Below, one piece after another: positions 1 to 9,518 of a stretch of 64,000 nt of DNA. The stretch comes from an uncultured Chitinophaga sp. (GTDB lineage Bacteria; Bacteroidota; Bacteroidia; Chitinophagales; LD1), in NCBI GenBank assembly GCA_964423405.1, contig CAYREY010000003.1:3944-67943 (forward strand), written 5' to 3'. Below the pieces are notes generated by a model that saw only the letters and a list, made by a program, of their open reading frames with translations, did not search any database and had not been told where the DNA came from. Both the position numbers and the translations under genes were made by a program. Each line of letters opens with the position of its first letter. Within the stretch, counting starts at the first letter, position 1.

Positions 1-1814
1 TTGTTTAAAGATATTGAAAACTCCTTGCCGGTAGGTGTTTTAAGTATAAGCATATCCATACCACCCAACTCCTCTTTCAGTTTGTTATAGGCTGCATTAA
101 AGTCTACTTGGTTCGGGGTTAAGGCATTTTCACATACTTTCATAAAAATACCCGGTTCAACGTTATAGGTCACCTTCCCTGCTATTGTTTCTGGTTTAAT
201 GCCTTCAATAAAATCCTCGTAGCTAAGGCTTTGGTGAAAAGTAGTGAATACAATCTGGCCCTCTTTCAGTTTAGCATCAAAGATCTTCTTTATATCCTTG
301 CGGCTTTTCCCTTTAAGGTCTACGCCGGTTATCTCTAGTGCCTTATTAATTGTAGTATATGTTTTACCAGTGCCCGGAGGGCCAAAAAGGATTTGGTTAA
401 GAGGCTTGGGTGCCATAGTTGTTTGAGTTTTTTTAACGGCTACATTACCGGCTGTGTTTAATAACGCATCAATTTTATTTATAAGACTGGGGTCTTTTAG
501 TTCGTGAATAGTAGTCTGCAACCCTTCTCTATTACTGAAGTTAGGTTGATTAAGGCTCCAGCTAACATTCATTTGATGAGGAAAACTTCCCTTCTTCTCA
601 AAATCATATTCATCAGCAACAATACCGATAGCCAATACCGTCATACCATTTTGTGCAACCGCCACATCACCTACCTTTATGTCATTATAAAAATGAAACA
701 CCTCACGAGCCTTTTTTGATAGCGTCCGTGAGTCGTTCTTATAGTAGTCTTTTTGTCGCATTATTTTCGCAACGTCTTCCTTACTTTTAATTTCCTCCTC
801 ATTCAAGTCACCAAGCCGTGGCCAACCAATGCAGATTTTACCATCGGCTTTCATATCTTCCCAATAGCTCGACTTATCATCGGTTGTACCTACACGCCAA
901 TAATTTCTTAAAGCTCCTAAACGCTTATCTAAAGATTGATACAAAATATCCTGGGCCAATAATTTGTGGCTTGGATCAGAAAACAGACCCGCCGTGTTTT
1001 TATTGACCAAATCAATCAACTCGAGGTCATCGACTATATAATCCTCTATAAATTCATTGATCAGGTCAAGATAGTGGACATACTTGTCACCCTTTTTCCT
1101 GCCTTTTATACCTAAAAGCCGGCAATATTTCTGATAAAAAGAATCTTTATAAAAGGGGTACACATCCGGATTATGATAAGCCAAAAAGGTAGCCATCGTG
1201 CGCTCATCCTGGTGATGCGAGAACTTCTCCTCGGGAATCAGTTGCCGATATAATTTCAATGTATCAGAACTAAAAATTTTTATTCTAAACTCAAGCGAAG
1301 TTTGCTCATTATATAAAGCCCGGAAACAGTCACGGTATTGTTCTGTTCTGTCTTTCGCTATGTGATGTACAACGCTTATTCCAACGGGATATATCAGATT
1401 GCCGAAATCAATAGCTTTTATTTCCTCATAAAAATTTGCCGCATTAGTATCAGGTCTGCCTTTAAACCGGTTAAGAAGTTGCCACTTGTAAACTTCACCA
1501 ATTAATCCATTGGTTCGCACGTGAGTTTTATAACTCCTAATCAGCTCCTTTACTGGATCCTCATTTTTATCGCTTATACTAAACCCCATTTTCTCTAGAT
1601 AGGAGTTGGTAGCCTTCCCCCCGCCATATTCCCACACCTTTTCTCCATTCATTTGTTCATGCGCATAACGCATTACTTCCTTGGGAGGAAATTTCTTCCC
1701 GTTTATTTCAACATTCCAGCGGGTGGGTGCATTAAGTTCTAGATTACTGCCATCAATTTTTTCTATAGCCTGCAAAACATGATCGCGGGTGATATTTCCG
1801 GGGATAAAAGCCAT
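1..1814 (-). CDS. mcrB: McrB-like AAA+ GTPase of a type IV (modification-dependent) restriction system; 3' end cut by the window edge
   Basis: Absent from the ORF track because it runs off the window. My own translation from the ATG at 1814 (MAFIPGNITRDHVLQAIEKIDG...) stays open to base 1, about 604 codons. It has the P-loop LNQILFGPPGTGKTY and the McrB-type motif FHQSLSYEDFIEGIKP. The N-terminal ~450 aa look like DNA-reader domains. A McrC partner would lie beyond base 1. Confidence 0.8.
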   Translation of the reverse strand, partial: MAFIPGNITRDHVLQAIEKIDGSNLELNAPTRWNVEINGKKFPPKEVMRYAHEQMNGEKVWEYGGGKATNSYLEKMGFSISDKNEDPVKELIRSYKTHVRTNGLIGEVYKWQLLNRFKGRPDTNAANFYEEIKAIDFGNLIYPVGISVVHHIAKDRTEQYRDCFRALYNEQTSLEFRIKIFSSDTLKLYRQLIPEEKFSHHQDERTMATFLAYHNPDVYPFYKDSFYQKYCRLLGIKGRKKGDKYVHYLDLINEFIEDYIVDDLELIDLVNKNTAGLFSDPSHKLLAQDILYQSLDKRLGALRNYWRVGTTDDKSSYWEDMKADGKICIGWPRLGDLNEEEIKSKEDVAKIMRQKDYYKNDSRTLSKKAREVFHFYNDIKVGDVAVAQNGMTVLAIGIVADEYDFEKKGSFPHQMNVSWSLNQPNFSNREGLQTTIHELKDPSLINKIDALLNTAGNVAVKKTQTTMAPKPLNQILFGPPGTGKTYTTINKALEITGVDLKGKSRKDIKKIFDAKLKEGQIVFTTFHQSLSYEDFIEGIKPETIAGKVTYNVEPGIFMKVCENALTPNQVDFNAAYNKLKEELGGMDMLILKTPTGKEFSISLN

Positions 1815-1882
1815 TGTTAGGTTAATTTCGGTTTTGCAACTATCAGTTTATCGACCGGGTTAATTGTTAGTTTACTTTCGAG

Positions 1883-2857
1883 TTAAATCAATCCTACTTG
1901 CCTTGCAATATCCTGAGTAAATTTTGCCATTGGCCTTTTATGAATATCACGTACATCAACATAATTCCCAACAACCAAGCGGCTAAGCATAGGACCTTTA
2001 TGACTATATAATTTCCCCAACGATGCTCTCAATTGGTTAATATATGCCTTATTATAAATAATTGATTTTAGAACTATCTCTTCAGCTACGTCCTTTTGCT
2101 GATTATAAATACCTTCAACAGCAAAAGCTTCATTAAAGCCAGAAGTTGCAGGTTCGTGAAATTTTATTTTTAATGCATCCTGAGTTCCATTTACCCGATA
2201 TTTCACCAACGATTCTTTTTCAATTTCAAAATAAAACTGGCATTTAGTAAAATCTTTAAAATTTCCGGAGTACAATTGAAAATTGACTGTATCGTCACTA
2301 CTCTTACTGTTATTACATGACCCACAAACCGGATATAGATTATAGAAGGAAATACTGAAGCATGGGTATTTTGATTTGGGGTAATAATGGTCGACCTGAA
2401 ATTTTGCACTTTTCGTACCATCCAGCTTTTCTACGGTAAGAGCAAATTGAGAATTGCAATAAACGCACGCTCTAATTCCCATTTGCTCAAAATACTTTGG
2501 ATAAAAATCATCTCTAAGGTCACTATATCCCATTCTCTTTATAAGCTCATTTCTAAAAAGTTTGTGCGTATTACTTTTGATAGCTTCTGAATCAATAATT
2601 TTATTAAACCGCTCCTTATACTTTTCCAAATTTGAGTTATCCGAAAATGCAATCTTCTCAAATTCTCCAGTCAAAAGCTTTAGATATGCTACCTCTTCTG
2701 AAGATAAAGGAAGGGCTTTGGGTTGTCGGTCTACTATTCTCGTCGGCGTAACCATGAAATTTTCTACTTCATTCTTTTTTGAAGTGATCAGAGCATCAAC
2801 ATCCAATTCCTTCTGTTTAAAAAGAGTTTCTACTATTTTCTCGTTTATTGCAATCAT
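1883..2857 (-). CDS. ptuB: HNH endonuclease, Septu PtuB-like
   Basis: HNH-type motif ACVYCNSQF...FQVDHYYPKSKYP...NLYPVCGSCNNSKS. Overlaps the upstream ATPase gene by 4 nt. Confidence 0.7.
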   Translation of the reverse strand: MIAINEKIVETLFKQKELDVDALITSKKNEVENFMVTPTRIVDRQPKALPLSSEEVAYLKLLTGEFEKIAFSDNSNLEKYKERFNKIIDSEAIKSNTHKLFRNELIKRMGYSDLRDDFYPKYFEQMGIRACVYCNSQFALTVEKLDGTKSAKFQVDHYYPKSKYPCFSISFYNLYPVCGSCNNSKSSDDTVNFQLYSGNFKDFTKCQFYFEIEKESLVKYRVNGTQDALKIKFHEPATSGFNEAFAVEGIYNQQKDVAEEIVLKSIIYNKAYINQLRASLGKLYSHKGPMLSRLVVGNYVDVRDIHKRPMAKFTQDIARQVGLI

Positions 2858-4917
2858 TTTTCTTTAAACTTTTTTTTCTTTAGTTTTTGTAGACGTTCTA
2901 TTTCGGCATCTATTCTAGTCACATCTCCAAACCCCTCAATATACAGCTCTTTTAAATCCTCCCTTATTATCGGTTCATCAATCATTTCAATAAACTGCCA
3001 CGGATCTCCGCCCTTCCATTCCTTTCCTTTCTTGATAAAATCAATCAGTTCATTAATCTTTGTTCTGGCATATTCACCCATAAAACTCCCACCTAAAAAA
3101 AAGTCGTTGGCCAGGATATCGTTAATATTCGCTGCAAAAGTTAACAATGGCGGATGCTCCTTAGGAGGCCCATCTAATTGAAGTCTCAAGATGTTTGTAT
3201 TCGGTATATCTGAAAGAATGAAAGGAGAATGTGTAACAAACAAAATATTAATCCCTGCTATCTGGTTCAGACCATCTGGACTTATCTTCTCCAGATATTT
3301 AAGCAAATCAAAAATATAGGTCCGTTGCCAATCTGGATGATAGTACATCTCTATTTCATCCAAAATCAGATTGATATAACGGTAGCTAACAAGTTTGCTA
3401 CCCGTATCTTTTAATTTTTGCTCCTCGACAGAGTTTAAGTTTATTAAATGATATACAATGGAACTAAGGCTATATATACGTTGCTTTTCGCCACTGCTAA
3501 GAGAACCAACGGATAGCTCTGCGTTACCGGGTAAAACATCAACAGTAAAAAAAGATGGCATCGCCATCATGTAGGTATTAATGTAAATCCCCTCGTTCTC
3601 ATATAAACTTTTAATTTTCTCAATTGCCCTGGAGTATGCCTCAATGTCCATTTGAAATGGATAATCAAAACCAACCTTAACGCTCTTGTAAATTAACTCG
3701 TAATGCTTAATATGAAGAATAGCCCCTTTTAACTTAAAGGTAATATGACTATTGTCACTTTTTATTTTTTCTAAAAGTGCCTTAATATTTTTTAAGCCCC
3801 TGTCCTTCTCTGACCTAAAAGCTTGGTATAACGGGTAAACCCACACTATTTTTTTAAGCTTGTTCCAAACGTATTTAATAACAAGATCACTATAATAACC
3901 CTTTCCGTCAGTGCCGGTTTTTAACTCCAAGTTAAAAACCTCTTGAATCGCCTCAACAATCTCCTTTCTGTGCCCATCCATTAAAATTGCATCGTTAAGT
4001 GATGTCGCGTTTTTAACCAGATCATCATCAATTTTTTCAAAGTAACTGCGGTTATATTCTACCTCAAACGTTTTTGCGATTTTTCCGTTAGCAAGGTTTC
4101 GCAAACTTTTTTCCGGTTCTGAATCGAGCTTCTCGAGTACCACTGCTTGAAGCCTTCTTGACAGCAAATGCTTTTCCCTATTAATATCAATGTTACCATC
4201 ATGTCTCATGGGGTTTAAAACTATTGGAGTCTGATACCCGTCATTTTTATGAAACAACGGATTTATCCATTCACCGACTTCCAATGCATTTAACGCATAT
4301 TGCGAGTAGTTGATGACCAATGTGTAAAAAAAATCGCTCAAATCTTCAATTCGCGTCACAGGTCGCCATGCATTTACTGGTTCAGCACTACTTTGGCCTT
4401 CCACTAACTCAAACTTTTGTTGCTTAATTTGTCCGCCTTTTACCTGTAGAATATAATGACTTTTATCATCAGTTGTATACAGCAATTCTATATCAATACA
4501 TGTATCAATTTGATATGGCCTACTGTTTTCATCTTCCAGTAATCCGAACGTACAGCCCAGATTATAGTTAATCCAGTATATGAGTTCAATCAAAGTACTT
4601 TTACCTGAACCGTTTTCACCAACAATAGCATTTATGCTTACCGGTATTTTTTTTACACCCCGCAATTTAAGACTGTACAAATCAATTCCGTTATATAGGT
4701 CACGTTGAATTACACTAAAATCTTTATTAGGGAATGAATAACTATTATAAAGCCGGTAAACAGTGTTTTGAGCCAAATTTTTAAGATATTTAATGGCAAC
4801 ACCTTTTGTACTATGGTTAAGCCAATTAGCCATAGACAGATCCCCAGTTCCAGTTTTCAGAGCGATTATCTTAAATGATCCCATAAATTTGTTTTTACTA
4901 TAATTTCCGCTGTTCAA
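2854..4917 (-). CDS. ptuA: ABC/SMC-like AAA ATPase, Septu PtuA-like
   Basis: Walker A GENGSGKSTLIELIYW, signature-like LSSGEKQRIYSLSS, Walker B LILDEIEMYYHP, then FVTHSPFILSD. Translationally coupled to the HNH gene. The true start may be the internal MGSFKII. Confidence 0.7.
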   Translation of the reverse strand: MNSGNYSKNKFMGSFKIIALKTGTGDLSMANWLNHSTKGVAIKYLKNLAQNTVYRLYNSYSFPNKDFSVIQRDLYNGIDLYSLKLRGVKKIPVSINAIVGENGSGKSTLIELIYWINYNLGCTFGLLEDENSRPYQIDTCIDIELLYTTDDKSHYILQVKGGQIKQQKFELVEGQSSAEPVNAWRPVTRIEDLSDFFYTLVINYSQYALNALEVGEWINPLFHKNDGYQTPIVLNPMRHDGNIDINREKHLLSRRLQAVVLEKLDSEPEKSLRNLANGKIAKTFEVEYNRSYFEKIDDDLVKNATSLNDAILMDGHRKEIVEAIQEVFNLELKTGTDGKGYYSDLVIKYVWNKLKKIVWVYPLYQAFRSEKDRGLKNIKALLEKIKSDNSHITFKLKGAILHIKHYELIYKSVKVGFDYPFQMDIEAYSRAIEKIKSLYENEGIYINTYMMAMPSFFTVDVLPGNAELSVGSLSSGEKQRIYSLSSIVYHLINLNSVEEQKLKDTGSKLVSYRYINLILDEIEMYYHPDWQRTYIFDLLKYLEKISPDGLNQIAGINILFVTHSPFILSDIPNTNILRLQLDGPPKEHPPLLTFAANINDILANDFFLGGSFMGEYARTKINELIDFIKKGKEWKGGDPWQFIEMIDEPIIREDLKELYIEGFGDVTRIDAEIERLQKLKKKKFKEK

Positions 4918-4994
4918 GGCTTCTTATGATATATAATCAATCAGTTCAAAAATTACCGGTGCTTTAATTAAGGGCGATTACTATTCATAATTAT

Positions 4995-5684
4995 CTATCC
5001 TACGACATCTAACCCACTCAAATCAACATCAAACCTACCAACCTGCCTTATATTATACTTTATACAGTAGGCGTCATGATTTGCAACCGGCCTTCCATTC
5101 GTTAATAAGCAATTTGTCTTAAGCATTGTAAGTGAACTAAAATCCAATGATAATCTTGTCGCCAAGCTCGTTTCCAACGCATTTACCCTCTGCATAAAGG
5201 CATGAATCTGTTCTATCGACAGTGCATCGGAGTCATCATACTTAAACTTAGCATCCATTATTAATTCAACCATTGTTTCATCCGGATCGTACGTTGAATT
5301 GTGCTTTTGAATTGAAATATCTGCTGCAATGGTAGTTCGGGGAGCGGTACTTAACTTAACTTTGGTCCCATAACAAACTTGGTACTTGTTTCTCGCATTT
5401 TTCTTATTCTCTATTCTAAAAAATGGCCATCCATTTTTTGGCGACGGAGCCTCAGGAAATATTTTATCCATTCTAGTGCCTGGCTCAAGCGTAATTTTAT
5501 AATTTACTTTTAAATCTTCGAGCACTTTCATCAGACAATAGAACTCGTAAATCTTGTCCGCTCCTTTTTTTTCAGTTGCATCACTGGCCAATACCTTAAA
5601 ATGTCCGAATGCCTTACCTGACGACTCCCACTTCGTCAACTTTTTAGTTGCTTCCTTAAGCCTTTTTAACTGAGCTTTAGTCAT
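4995..5684 (-). CDS. PD-(D/E)xK-fold nuclease-like protein
   Basis: Candidate catalytic pattern IAADISIQ ... VELIMDAKFK (D ... E-x-x-x-D-A-K). Lies 6 nt downstream of the 274-aa ORF, between Septu and the type I R-M operon. Confidence 0.5.
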   Translation of the reverse strand: MTKAQLKRLKEATKKLTKWESSGKAFGHFKVLASDATEKKGADKIYEFYCLMKVLEDLKVNYKITLEPGTRMDKIFPEAPSPKNGWPFFRIENKKNARNKYQVCYGTKVKLSTAPRTTIAADISIQKHNSTYDPDETMVELIMDAKFKYDDSDALSIEQIHAFMQRVNALETSLATRLSLDFSSLTMLKTNCLLTNGRPVANHDAYCIKYNIRQVGRFDVDLSGLDVVG

Positions 5685-5690
5685 ATAGAA

Positions 5691-6515
5691 TTAGTTGAGC
5701 GTTATTGGCAGTGATGTATTTCTAAACAGCCTTTTAAAGGATGAACTATCTTCCATACTCTCTAATTGCTGACGCGAACGGCTTTTAGACAAGTTAGCCA
5801 GATCGCGCAAATGTTCCTGGATGGCTTTTACCTGGGGTTGAATAAGTTGTCTTTTTATAATTATCGACTTTTCCAAATCAGAACCGAAACCTACTTCTCC
5901 CATATCTGAATCGGACACGATACTTCTAAGGATTTTTGCGCTTTCATCCAAGTAAAGTGCAGGCTTAACTACTGCAAAGTCCAGATACTTGATAAGTAAG
6001 TCCAATGCAGTATCAAGGTTTGTCTTATTAGTTAACAATACCGGATTCTCGCTTGCCAGGTAACGTATAAAGGCCTCCTTGTGTTTACTATGCATGGCGT
6101 TTAAAACGGTTCCGAAAACAGTTCGTTTTTGATAAATTTTATCATACATAATAGCATCAAACTCAGGATCAAAGAGTCGGGTATATTTCCTTAAAAAATG
6201 CCTCATGGGATCCCCATAGTTTGTAATCCTTCTTAGACTATAGATGTAATCTTCCAGTAATTTCTCTTCCTGAATCATTTCCACCAAATGCATGGTGATA
6301 GTTATTTGCTTGTAACCGCTTTGCAGTTCTTTTATAACAACACTGGTAATTTCATAATGCCGGGTAAATTGCCACTCATCTGCCTTCCAATCCAAAATTA
6401 AAACCTGTTCACCCTTTTCGCCAGAAAAATTCAATTTCTGCGCGATGCTAGCAACTGCCGTTTTACCATCCTTTTCAAAATGTAAGAAATCGCCGGTTTT
6501 GAATATCCAATTCAT
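5691..6515 (-). CDS. hypothetical protein, partner of the PD-(D/E)xK protein
   Basis: 274-aa ORF with no motif I recognise. Same strand, 62 nt downstream of hsdS and 6 nt upstream of the nuclease-like gene. Confidence 0.6.
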   Translation of the reverse strand: MNWIFKTGDFLHFEKDGKTAVASIAQKLNFSGEKGEQVLILDWKADEWQFTRHYEITSVVIKELQSGYKQITITMHLVEMIQEEKLLEDYIYSLRRITNYGDPMRHFLRKYTRLFDPEFDAIMYDKIYQKRTVFGTVLNAMHSKHKEAFIRYLASENPVLLTNKTNLDTALDLLIKYLDFAVVKPALYLDESAKILRSIVSDSDMGEVGFGSDLEKSIIIKRQLIQPQVKAIQEHLRDLANLSKSRSRQQLESMEDSSSFKRLFRNTSLPITLN

Positions 6516-6577
6516 AGTATGGGCTTATTTATCACAGAATTATTATTATTCTTTAGCAACCGTGCGCATTCAAGACC

Positions 6578-7897
6578 CTATTTCACCTTTACCTGCCCGT
6601 TCATTAGCATGGGCAACAGCCAGTCGCGCAGTTGGGTAAGGGTTTGATTTTCGGATAATAGGGTTTGTTTTTTTGCCTGTATATTTTGCATAAAGGCATA
6701 AAAATTTTTAACCAATTTTTCTTCAGGAACTACGGTACAATAAGAGCTTACAAAGGATTCAAACAACAAATTTTTAATACCACTTGTTTTGCTTTCGTAA
6801 TTGAAAAAGGCTCCACTGTCGTATAGGCTGTTCCAATAGTAAGCAAAGTTGTATAACTGCGTTTTGTTTTTTAAAGACACAGCCTTGCAGAAATTGGAAC
6901 AAATCAATGGAGTGTCAAATCGCTTTATTGTATGGTCTGTTATGTAGGCAAGCCTGCCTGTTGATTGTGTTGGAGCACCCCCAGAAATCTCAATTATTAA
7001 ATCGTGAGCATCCAGTATTTTAAAACTGTTTTTCGCGAGGATATACCGCACCGGTGGGTCACACTGACCTAAACCATTTAATCCATTAATATCGGTACCG
7101 CGGATGCATTTTACTTTTGTCGTGTAATTACCCTCCGATTCGTCCCTCCCCCAATCACCGCTTTTATCTTTATCAATCCATTCCGACATTTTTGTTACTT
7201 CCCATCCTACCGGGACTTCTCTTTTCAATTCTTTATTGTAAACCATTTTACCGCCGCTGCTTTTGTAGGGTTTGCCCTTGGCGTTAGGAAAATCGAACTG
7301 CACAAACCAATAATCGTAGATGGTTTTTGCCATGGTTTCTAACTCGTCATTCACGCAGTTGTTTAATTCTACTTTGGAATCTATAGTAGTGAGAACTTTA
7401 GCAATTTTTTGTTGGTTTGTTAAAATTGGCAGCGGAATTTCAATTAACTTAAAGTTTGTTGTGGCTTGGGCTAAAGCAGGCACCCCCACGTGACATTTAT
7501 TTGCAAGTAATCTCTTTTGACCCTCCGTGGTGTGAAAATAGTAAACAAAAAAGGCAGGGTCAACCAGCTTTCTATTTAATGCAACTCTAAACTGGCTTTG
7601 TGAGATTACGTATTCAATAAATTTTGAATTATCAGGAATATAGGAAATTTGCCCTAATGTGCCCCGGTGTGTGATAACAATATCTCCTCTTTTAGCAATA
7701 GCTTTTTTAAAGGTTTTTGCTTTTTCCGTGGTTACGTATTTGAATTCATCTTCAACAAGCTTAAATCCAGATAAGTTTGAGCCATTTAAAACAGGAACGC
7801 CATCTTTTACAAAATTTTCAACTTTAATATCTGAACCAAAAGGGCCCATTGAAATTTCATCAATAATTGAAGATACTTTTGTTAGTGGTCTACTCAT
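6578..7897 (-). CDS. hsdS: type I restriction-modification specificity subunit
   Basis: Two TRD-like halves, each followed by a conserved helix (LTNQQKIAKVLTTIDSKVE; LSENQTLTQLRDWLLPMLMNGQVKV). Overlaps hsdM by 8 nt. Confidence 0.9.
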   Translation of the reverse strand: MSRPLTKVSSIIDEISMGPFGSDIKVENFVKDGVPVLNGSNLSGFKLVEDEFKYVTTEKAKTFKKAIAKRGDIVITHRGTLGQISYIPDNSKFIEYVISQSQFRVALNRKLVDPAFFVYYFHTTEGQKRLLANKCHVGVPALAQATTNFKLIEIPLPILTNQQKIAKVLTTIDSKVELNNCVNDELETMAKTIYDYWFVQFDFPNAKGKPYKSSGGKMVYNKELKREVPVGWEVTKMSEWIDKDKSGDWGRDESEGNYTTKVKCIRGTDINGLNGLGQCDPPVRYILAKNSFKILDAHDLIIEISGGAPTQSTGRLAYITDHTIKRFDTPLICSNFCKAVSLKNKTQLYNFAYYWNSLYDSGAFFNYESKTSGIKNLLFESFVSSYCTVVPEEKLVKNFYAFMQNIQAKKQTLLSENQTLTQLRDWLLPMLMNGQVKVK

Positions 7898-9518
7898 AAT
7901 TTAACCCTCCTAATTGTTTCTTGATTTCCGTTTCCAATGTCTTCGATTCAGCAAACAGCGAATCTAAATTATTTTTAAAGTCATCCATACGGGTCGCAAA
8001 CTGTTTTGGGGTAATATCGGTGTATTGAATCTTTACCTCAAAGTATTGGCCAGCACTAAAGCTGTAATTCTTTTCTCTTATTTGGTCATAGCTCACTACT
8101 GCTGTAAAATCTTCAATAGCTTGGTGCTTATTGAAGTTATCTATAATGTTTTGTTCTTCGACTTCGCTTAGAAGTGTTTTCTGGTTTTTTCCCTCCTTTA
8201 CGGTAGTTCCGAATTCTCTGGCATCCATCAGAACTATATTGCCTTTGGTATTGGCTTTATCTATAAACAAAATAGATACGCTGGTACCGGTAGTGGCAAA
8301 AATATTACTGGGCATACTGATAACCCCACGCAGCATTTTATCTTCTACCAGTTTTTCTCGGATTCGCTTTTCAATGCCGCTTTGGGCGGTAATAAAACCG
8401 GTTGGCACCACAATGGCTGCGCGGCCTTTGCTGGTAAGTGAGAACATAATATGTTGTATAAACAAAGGGTAAATGGCCATATTATCTTTATCCTTATTAG
8501 GTACTTTAGGGAAGCCTGCAAAAAACCGCTCCTGGTTTTGCTTAGTGTTAAGGTCGGCCACATAGTCGCTAATATCCAGCTTAAATGGTGGGTTGCTTAC
8601 TATGTAATCAAATTTCTGTATTTGCTTGTCGGCTGTTTTGTGGTAAGGAGCTAACAGGGTGTTGCCCTGTATAATGTTTTGTATGCTATGCACAAGGTTG
8701 TTCAATATCAAATTTAGCCGCAGCATGCTGCTGCTTTTTTGCGATATATCCTGGCTGTAAATGGTACACCGGTCCTCACCAATGGCGTGAGCCAAATTCA
8801 TTAGCAAAGTTCCTGAACCTGCGCTGGGGTCGTAGCAGGTTACATTCTTAACGGGCTGGTCAACCAAAATAGCGGCCATAATTTTAGCTACGGCATGGGG
8901 GGTGTAGTACTCGGCATATTTACCGCCGCCATCTTTGTTATAATCTTTAATCAGGTATTCAAAAATGGTGCTGAAGAAATCGAACTTTTGGCTGAATATT
9001 TTTTCGAAACTGAAATTTACCAACTGGTTAACAAGGGCTTTGCAAAAACTATCGCGTTGGCTGCTATCGGTAATATAATTACTCAACTCATCAAACAACG
9101 TAATCTTGGCACCGGTACCTGTTTTAACCGAAAATATTTCATTATTAAATATGGCAATATCGCGCAGGGTATCGTCGAAAAATTTGGCAAATTCTTCCTG
9201 GTTCTGCCGGTTATAAAGATTGCTTAAAAAATGTTCCCGTTTTAATTTGGCGCTGTCGGGGCTCATTTTCATTAACAGCTTTTCAAAATCCTTCTCGCTG
9301 TATTTTGCAATTTCCTGCTCCCAGTTATCTGCTTTTTTAAGTCGTGGGTCCAGTTGTTTTACTTCGTAACCAAATTTATCGTTCATAAATTTGTAAAGGA
9401 ACACCTGTGTTATTATTTTAAACTCGTTGCCATCGTTACCCAAACCATAGCTGGTACAAACCCCTTTTAAGTTATCAATCAACGTTTTGGTCTGTGCCGT
9501 AAAATCCTGTGTTACCAT
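7890..9518 (-). CDS. hsdM: type I R-M N6-adenine DNA methyltransferase subunit
   Basis: AdoMet motif CYDPSAGSGTLL, catalytic motif IVSNPPFKL, and C-terminal VISMPSNIFATTGTSVSILFIDK. Overlaps hsdR by 7 nt. Confidence 0.95.
   Translation of the reverse strand: MVTQDFTAQTKTLIDNLKGVCTSYGLGNDGNEFKIITQVFLYKFMNDKFGYEVKQLDPRLKKADNWEQEIAKYSEKDFEKLLMKMSPDSAKLKREHFLSNLYNRQNQEEFAKFFDDTLRDIAIFNNEIFSVKTGTGAKITLFDELSNYITDSSQRDSFCKALVNQLVNFSFEKIFSQKFDFFSTIFEYLIKDYNKDGGGKYAEYYTPHAVAKIMAAILVDQPVKNVTCYDPSAGSGTLLMNLAHAIGEDRCTIYSQDISQKSSSMLRLNLILNNLVHSIQNIIQGNTLLAPYHKTADKQIQKFDYIVSNPPFKLDISDYVADLNTKQNQERFFAGFPKVPNKDKDNMAIYPLFIQHIMFSLTSKGRAAIVVPTGFITAQSGIEKRIREKLVEDKMLRGVISMPSNIFATTGTSVSILFIDKANTKGNIVLMDAREFGTTVKEGKNQKTLLSEVEEQNIIDNFNKHQAIEDFTAVVSYDQIREKNYSFSAGQYFEVKIQYTDITPKQFATRMDDFKNNLDSLFAESKTLETEIKKQLGGLNYE

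Noticed and set aside
1883-4917. The Septu-like ATPase+HNH pair as the effector of the retron (type I-A-like arrangement)
   Set aside because: It is about 18 kb from the RT, separated by a type I R-M operon and several other units, and it lacks the palindrome/TTTG module. I treat it as a stand-alone Septu-like system.
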